A DNA stretch of 64,000 nucleotides from NCBI RefSeq assembly GCF_058153355.1, contig NZ_CM177019.1; one strand, given 5' to 3'. A program made the position numbers and the translations under genes. The notes beneath the pieces were generated by a model. That model saw nothing but the letters and a program-made list of their open reading frames with translations. It ran no database searches and was not told the origin of the DNA. Shown one piece after another: positions 58,393-64,000 of the stretch; position 1 is the stretch's first letter; each line of letters begins with the position of its first letter.

Positions 58393-59376
58393 CTAACGTT
58401 TATTCTTTTTTCTATTTACCAGTCTTACCATCCTCCAGAGAATATAGTTTTTTGATGCTAATATTTTTGCTCGCCTCTTATCTCTCTTGCCAAGAAGATT
58501 ACAATCTTTCAATTCTTTTTCATTGCTTTCAACTAATTGATTTAATAATTCAAAATCGCCATTAAGTAGAACATTCCATAAATAACGAGTTTTATGATAA
58601 GTTCTATTTTTACTCAATAATGTATGAATTTCTTCTTTCCGGTTACCTTTGTATAACTGCATCACAGAAGAGTAGATTCTTTCGTGCGCAAATGACTCAT
58701 GTCGATAATGAGTGATGGTTCTACATGAGTTCATTAAGGAATTTTCTCTATAGTTATGCTTATACATATAATATGGAACCGCATACATATCGCATGTAAT
58801 TAGCAGTCGATAGATAAAATCCAGATCTTCTCCTAGTCTTAAATCTTCATCAAAAAAAAGATTATTATCTTCCAGGAGTTGTTTTCTTATAAACAAGCAC
58901 CCTATATGGAATCTGACCTTTTTATAAAAAAAGTCGAAAAGTAAAGACCCTTCATTAAACTCTGTATTTATAGGTGAGTAAGTAACACCATTTTTTATAT
59001 GATGGCCATAAAGCCCACAATAAATCGCATCCCCTCCCGTCTCATGTTGTCTGGAATACATCTTCAGCAGATAGTTAGGATCTATCTCATCATCATCATC
59101 CATAAAACATATAAACTGTCCTTGCGCCTTGCGGATACCTGTATTCCTGGCAGACGAAACACCGCCATTTTCTTTATTGATAATAATTAATTGCGAGTGG
59201 GTTAACCCATACTCTCTCAAAACGTTTGATGTGTTATCTTTAGAACCATCATTAACAATAACAATTTCAAAATTTGGGTAAGTTTGTTTTTCTAATTTCG
59301 TTAGAGTTTCAGTAATGTAATCAGATGAATTATACGTCGGTATTATTATGGATACTAAAGGGTAATCATTGCTCAT
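58393..59376 (-). CDS. waaV: family 2 glycosyltransferase of the outer core (WaaV-like)
   Basis: 327-aa ORF with GT2 motif VSIIIPTYNSS...VNDGSKD...DDDD; position after waaL as in R1-type core loci. Confidence 0.65.
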   Translation of the reverse strand: MSNDYPLVSIIIPTYNSSDYITETLTKLEKQTYPNFEIVIVNDGSKDNTSNVLREYGLTHSQLIIINKENGGVSSARNTGIRKAQGQFICFMDDDDEIDPNYLLKMYSRQHETGGDAIYCGLYGHHIKNGVTYSPINTEFNEGSLLFDFFYKKVRFHIGCLFIRKQLLEDNNLFFDEDLRLGEDLDFIYRLLITCDMYAVPYYMYKHNYRENSLMNSCRTITHYRHESFAHERIYSSVMQLYKGNRKEEIHTLLSKNRTYHKTRYLWNVLLNGDFELLNQLVESNEKELKDCNLLGKRDKRRAKILASKNYILWRMVRLVNRKKNKR

Positions 59377-59454
59377 CGTGTTCTCTTGCCTGAACTAATA
59401 AAATATGATAGTACTCATCCTTAATTATTATTGTAACTCAGACATCCATGATTT

Positions 59455-60483
59455 TTATTGCCCAAATAGTTTTCTTTTATACTTATTTAATTTGAATTTA
59501 ATGAAGTAAATGAAAGCGTTAAACGTATCACCATTTTTCTTTGCATGTTGGTATTTCACTTGATACTGCTTTTCATTCGTGGCTGGAATAAACGCCACAT
59601 CATTCCAGCAAGAAGCCTGATAAGCCTCATTAAAATACTTCTGGCAGGGATAATTTGTCCAGTCGTTCCAGGGCTTCGTTACGCCAACATAATGAATCAG
59701 CTTAGTATCATCGGTAATGGTCTTTTTATAATCTTCATTGCTTTTATTTTTTAACTCATAGTCAATGCCATAAAAGCAATCATAATCGCCGCTAATAAAA
59801 ATACAATGACCAAAGAACAGAATATTTAAAATATCCTGATCAAGGCATTTATATTTCGTGTGCTGCGGGTCACTTGCCAGCATAGCAATGGCTTTGTTCA
59901 TAAAATCATTTTTCGACCATGCTTCAAGCTGCAGATATACTACACCAGCGTTGAAATAATTCCCTGGAAGTCCCTCTATAGCCAGACGCTTCGCTGGTTT
60001 TTCCTGCATAAAAGGCACATCTTTAATAACAGCTGCAAACTTATCGCCGTCAAAATTAATATCAAGCAATCCAGCTAATGAGCCTTTACAGATGACATCA
60101 GCATCGATATATAACAGATTTTCAATAGTTTCACTCAGATACTGGAACGCAACTAAACGGAAGAATGTTGCATAAGACCACTGTTTCAGGCTGGGGAAGA
60201 TATCAATAAAGGCACTGGAGACTTTATAAATTCTTACTTCAACGTTAGCATTTTTGCTGGTAAAAGCGTTAACACGTTGTAGATAATCTTCATCAATGTA
60301 GTCGGTAAAGAGATGAAACTTAACCGCAAGGTCCGGGTTATGCATAACAACTGATTGCATAGATACTGCCGCACCAAATAAAAAATTACGGTCAATACCG
60401 TAAGCGATATTTAACACACGATCGGTGTTAGCAATTTCCCCAGAGACAGCGACTTCAGTAATACTCTCAGCTAATAAATCCAT
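59455..60483 (-). CDS. waaW: GT8-family LPS glycosyltransferase (WaaW-like)
   Basis: 342-aa ORF paralogous to the two GT8 ORFs at 61211-62206 and 62223-63239 (shared NIAYGID.NFL and DxD-containing regions). Confidence 0.65.
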   Translation of the reverse strand: MDLLAESITEVAVSGEIANTDRVLNIAYGIDRNFLFGAAVSMQSVVMHNPDLAVKFHLFTDYIDEDYLQRVNAFTSKNANVEVRIYKVSSAFIDIFPSLKQWSYATFFRLVAFQYLSETIENLLYIDADVICKGSLAGLLDINFDGDKFAAVIKDVPFMQEKPAKRLAIEGLPGNYFNAGVVYLQLEAWSKNDFMNKAIAMLASDPQHTKYKCLDQDILNILFFGHCIFISGDYDCFYGIDYELKNKSNEDYKKTITDDTKLIHYVGVTKPWNDWTNYPCQKYFNEAYQASCWNDVAFIPATNEKQYQVKYQHAKKNGDTFNAFIYFIKFKLNKYKRKLFGQ

Positions 60484-60508
60484 GTTGGTTCCGTTTTGAC
60501 TGTGTGGT

Positions 60509-61201
60509 TTACGCTTTGCCTTTTAATTTTTTAATAAATTTGCGTAGTTTGGTTCTGTAGATTACTGAATAGTAGCCATAATCTTTTATTTCGTTGGCAA
60601 TACCCAGGTGACGTTCCATGGCCAGACGATCACGGGCTTTCCGCTCTGCCGTACAGCTTTTACCGGATAGGTCAATTATCCTGACACCATCTTTACTAAC
60701 GATAAAGTTACCCCGGTGTGGGTCGCCCGATAGCATATTTAAGGCATGCAATTTTTCCATTGAAGCCTTAATTTCTGCTTTAACATTTTCTGGAATAATC
60801 GGCATATCATTGAGCTCTACGCCCTCGACATACTCGATAAGCATGATAAAAACACTGGCATAGTTGAAAATTTTACGCTCAGCCAGAAAATAAAAATCAT
60901 TAGGAAAAGTAAGACCTGCACTTCTGACACGATCGGTTTCAACGATCAAATTCTGATAGTAGTCACCTTTTACAAAAGATTTTAAAAAACGTTCATTCCT
61001 TTTCGTTTTCGGGGCAAAGACTTTAAAAACATAGCGACCATATTTCGTATCAATCAACGATACTTTGGTATCATCAATATTACGTAATACTTTTACTGTT
61101 TTAAAATTATAGGCCAGTATTTCATCAAAGATTTCTTTATATTTATTATCGTTATCTTTGTAATAAAATGAGAAGCCGCGATAGCGTATACTTGTAATCA
61201 T
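60509..61201 (-). CDS. waaY: LPS core heptose(II) kinase WaaY
   Basis: 230-aa kinase-like ORF. Confidence 0.85.
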   Translation of the reverse strand: MITSIRYRGFSFYYKDNDNKYKEIFDEILAYNFKTVKVLRNIDDTKVSLIDTKYGRYVFKVFAPKTKRNERFLKSFVKGDYYQNLIVETDRVRSAGLTFPNDFYFLAERKIFNYASVFIMLIEYVEGVELNDMPIIPENVKAEIKASMEKLHALNMLSGDPHRGNFIVSKDGVRIIDLSGKSCTAERKARDRLAMERHLGIANEIKDYGYYSVIYRTKLRKFIKKLKGKA

Positions 61202-61210
61202 AAGAGTAAT

Positions 61211-62206
61211 TTATTTCTTAAGCTTGTACTTAATTAATGAAGTTATACCTTTAATATACTCACCATGGGCAAACAGATGCTTATATTGTTTCTGCATTTC
61301 TGCAACAGTCCGCGCCTCTTTAAGAGGATATTTCTTCCAGGGAGATTGTTCACGCGCGATATTAAAGTATGATACAGACGGATATCCAGCCCAGCTATGC
61401 CATGGTTTAGTTATCCCTGTATAGTGAATCAATACTGTTTTATCGGTAATGGTTTGCTGATACTTTCGATGACTACGATCATGAAGTTCGTTTTTCAGGG
61501 TATAAATAGTATCAAAATCCTTCGCGAGGTAGATATTATTCATATTAAATGCGATATTCAACGCATCCTGATCTAAATATTTAAGAGAGCCATATTTAGT
61601 TTCCCCTCGTAAAAGCGTGAGTAAATACGGTGTCAAATTTGCTTCATGCCATTTTTTAAGATTGACATAGATAACGCCTGCATTGAAATAACGTCCATTC
61701 ATTTCGGGAATGTTAAGACGTTTTGCACATGCCGCCTGAGTACTATCATTGTCAGGAATAACCGCAGCAAACTCATCTTTAAATATAATTTTTGTGAGAG
61801 GTTTCAGACTTCCTTTACAAACGACATCGGCATCCAGATACAGCAGTGTGGAAATACTTTCACTCAGATATTCAAAGGACAATACCCTGAAGTATGTCGC
61901 GTACGACCAAAACTGTGACGTCGGCAGATCAGCAAAGTATTTTGGGTCAATTAAATATACAATAATTGAGGTATTAAATTGTTTTGCTGTTTCATTAAAT
62001 GACTTTAAATAATCATCATCCACATAATCAGTGAAAACATGAAAGACAAAATTAATATCTGAATTATTAATCAAAACGGAAGAAATTGAAACGCCAGCAC
62101 CATACAAAAAATTCTTATCGATACCGTAGGAAACATTTAGCTCTGGGACGTTTTCTTTTTTATTATCTGCTAAATACGAAAACCGTTCTTTTATAAATTC
62201 ATTCAT
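61211..62206 (-). CDS. waaT: GT8-family LPS glycosyltransferase (WaaT-like)
   Basis: 331-aa GT8 ORF; the specific name is inferred from the order O-T-Y-W-V-L. Confidence 0.65.
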   Translation of the reverse strand: MNEFIKERFSYLADNKKENVPELNVSYGIDKNFLYGAGVSISSVLINNSDINFVFHVFTDYVDDDYLKSFNETAKQFNTSIIVYLIDPKYFADLPTSQFWSYATYFRVLSFEYLSESISTLLYLDADVVCKGSLKPLTKIIFKDEFAAVIPDNDSTQAACAKRLNIPEMNGRYFNAGVIYVNLKKWHEANLTPYLLTLLRGETKYGSLKYLDQDALNIAFNMNNIYLAKDFDTIYTLKNELHDRSHRKYQQTITDKTVLIHYTGITKPWHSWAGYPSVSYFNIAREQSPWKKYPLKEARTVAEMQKQYKHLFAHGEYIKGITSLIKYKLKK

Positions 62207-62222
62207 TTAAATTTTCTCAATG

Positions 62223-63239
62223 TCATTTTATTATCTTTAAATAAAAATAATAAATATAATTCATTATCCCGTTAATTGGTTTATTTTGTTTAAAATTATG
62301 CTTAGCGCAATAACGAGCATAATTTGAGTTAATTGGCCGCATTAACGGTTCATTTTTCCATGGCGATGCTTCTTTGGCTTTGATAAATGGCTGCGCGCTT
62401 GGATAACCGGCCCAGTAATGCCAGGGTTTTGTCGGGCCGACATAATGAATTAATACGGTTTCATCATTAATTGGACAAATAAATGATTTTTTTAATTCAT
62501 AATTTAAACTAAATTGCGTATTGTATTTAGCATCAATGAATTTAACTTTCCCTAACAGGATAAGATTTAGTATATCTTGATCCATATAGGTTAAACGGGA
62601 AACTACGGCTTTATCAGCAAGCATCGACATCGCTTTAGCAGAAACGGACTCCTGCGCCCACGCAAGTGTATTAATTAACAGGACACCTGAATTAAAGTAA
62701 CCCTTTTCAAGTTCATTACACTGCAGACTTTGAGCCCGTAACGACCACCAGTTAGCATCGCGTTCAGTAACAACAGCAGCAACGTTATTGGCAAGATCCA
62801 TTGTTATCAGCGGTTTTAAGGTTCCCTGACAGGCGATATCAGCATCCAGGTACAGGATCTTATCTTGTTGATCAATAAAGTAATCTGCAATTACAAAACG
62901 GAAATACATGGCAATAGACCAATTTTTGGTCGTCGGTAATACCTTAAGCCGTTCACAATTTACCAGATGGATCTGGATACAGGTATGATAGCTTTTCGCC
63001 AATTGGGATAAACGCTGGATATCGGCGTCAGGGATATCATCAATAAAAACGTGGAAGACAAAACTCACGTCGTTGTTATGTAACAAAACTGACGTGATTG
63101 AAACACCACAACCAAAAAGAAAGTTCTGATCAATGCCATAAGCAACATGGAATGATGATGCCACTGACGCCTCTGGCCTTTCATCGAAGATGATTGTCTT
63201 ATTGATCATCTCTTGTGGATTAAAATAGTGGGCACTCAT
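62223..63239 (-). CDS. waaO: GT8-family LPS alpha-1,3-glucosyltransferase (WaaO/WaaI-like)
   Basis: 338-aa GT8 ORF adjacent to waaP. Confidence 0.7.
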   Translation of the reverse strand: MSAHYFNPQEMINKTIIFDERPEASVASSFHVAYGIDQNFLFGCGVSITSVLLHNNDVSFVFHVFIDDIPDADIQRLSQLAKSYHTCIQIHLVNCERLKVLPTTKNWSIAMYFRFVIADYFIDQQDKILYLDADIACQGTLKPLITMDLANNVAAVVTERDANWWSLRAQSLQCNELEKGYFNSGVLLINTLAWAQESVSAKAMSMLADKAVVSRLTYMDQDILNLILLGKVKFIDAKYNTQFSLNYELKKSFICPINDETVLIHYVGPTKPWHYWAGYPSAQPFIKAKEASPWKNEPLMRPINSNYARYCAKHNFKQNKPINGIMNYIYYFYLKIIK

Positions 63240-63254
63240 ATTTCTCTCCGGAAA

Positions 63255-64000
63255 TTACAACGATTTTCTAATCGTTCTTTCCCTGATTTTTGTGGCTTTT
63301 GCTTCTGCTTGCGACAGCAGCCCTTGTTCCTGCTTGAGAATGTCTTTAAGCGGGGCAGCAAAATACACCTTCATGAACCGCCAGATATCCCGCTGAGTCA
63401 GGCCAATATTCATCGAAGAAAAATAAAGCCCAATAAGATCTTTATCGCGCCAACGACGTGGAACGCGCGTGCGAAGCTGCGCCCGGTGCAGGTCAATTAC
63501 TGAAATTTTTAACTCCTCTTCCTTACCGGAAAAAGGCAAGTGCAGCAGGAAATGACAGATATAACAGTCACGGTGGTTAATGCCCGCAGCATGCATATCG
63601 CGCACCATCATCGCGACACGCTTAATAATCATACGCTTTACGCGAACATCTGGAGGGTTAGTCGCCCAGTCAGCACAGTAATCTTCCAGACTGATGGTTG
63701 GTGTCAGATCTTCGGTTATAATAAACGAGGTTCTGGTCAGCGGATTAATGCCTTTTTCGCCGAATGCCACCCCATACATAGTATCAACGCCGACATCCCG
63801 CAGTCGATGAATCGCATTCCATTCGCGGTCTGCACCTAATACTGGCATCCGCAATGAGAGTAAATTTTTGATTATCTCTTTCAGGGTCGTGCCGCGATGC
63901 CATTTGAGAAAATAGCTTTTGCCCGCCATTTCAAAGCGCAGAGTGCGGCGAGTTTCCAGTTCACGAAATACCTCACCCTGCAAGGTTTTAACTTCCTCAA
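63255..64000 (-). CDS. waaP: LPS core heptose(I) kinase WaaP (C-terminal part; start lies beyond window end)
   Basis: Open frame continues to the window edge; the translated part matches WaaP minus about 23 N-terminal residues. Confidence 0.9.
   Translation of the reverse strand, partial: EEVKTLQGEVFRELETRRTLRFEMAGKSYFLKWHRGTTLKEIIKNLLSLRMPVLGADREWNAIHRLRDVGVDTMYGVAFGEKGINPLTRTSFIITEDLTPTISLEDYCADWATNPPDVRVKRMIIKRVAMMVRDMHAAGINHRDCYICHFLLHLPFSGKEEELKISVIDLHRAQLRTRVPRRWRDKDLIGLYFSSMNIGLTQRDIWRFMKVYFAAPLKDILKQEQGLLSQAEAKATKIRERTIRKSL

Overview
The window looks like an Escherichia coli chromosomal segment (aldB-yiaY-selBA-yibF ... mtlADR ... lldPRD ... tdh-kbl-hldD-waaFC and a waa core-LPS operon), inferred from gene content and order by reading the translations; no database search was run. 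The standout region is ~16.5 kb between yibF and yibH (about 6181-22680), which holds an orphan type VI secretion (T6SS) vgrG island with no T6SS core genes nearby. It contains: (1) vgrG1 followed by an AT-rich two-gene cassette (an HExxH-motif protein plus a signal-peptide protein) with no recognisable family, the best candidate for an undescribed effector/immunity pair; (2) vgrG2 followed by an 829-aa modular effector (unknown N-domain, canonical EF-hand, GH19 lysozyme-like C-terminus) and a signal-peptide immunity gene; (3) a nonsense-mutated H-repeat (ISAs1-family) element that truncates a third vgrG, which is also frameshifted but still carries a colicin E9-like HNH DNase C-terminus and an Im9-like immunity gene; (4) an orphan alternative effector C-terminus (DUF3380-like N-acetylmuramidase) fused to an H-repeat fragment, with its own signal-peptide immunity gene, then a further degenerate remnant. 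Elsewhere there is a trimeric autotransporter adhesin (UpaG/EhaG-like) with internal tandem repeats, two direct copies of an IS621-like IS110-family element inserted into REP sequences and bracketing 13 kb of housekeeping genes, and a waa operon whose gene order suggests the R1 core type. All coordinates are 1-based on the + strand; domain calls rest on motifs I could read in the translations.
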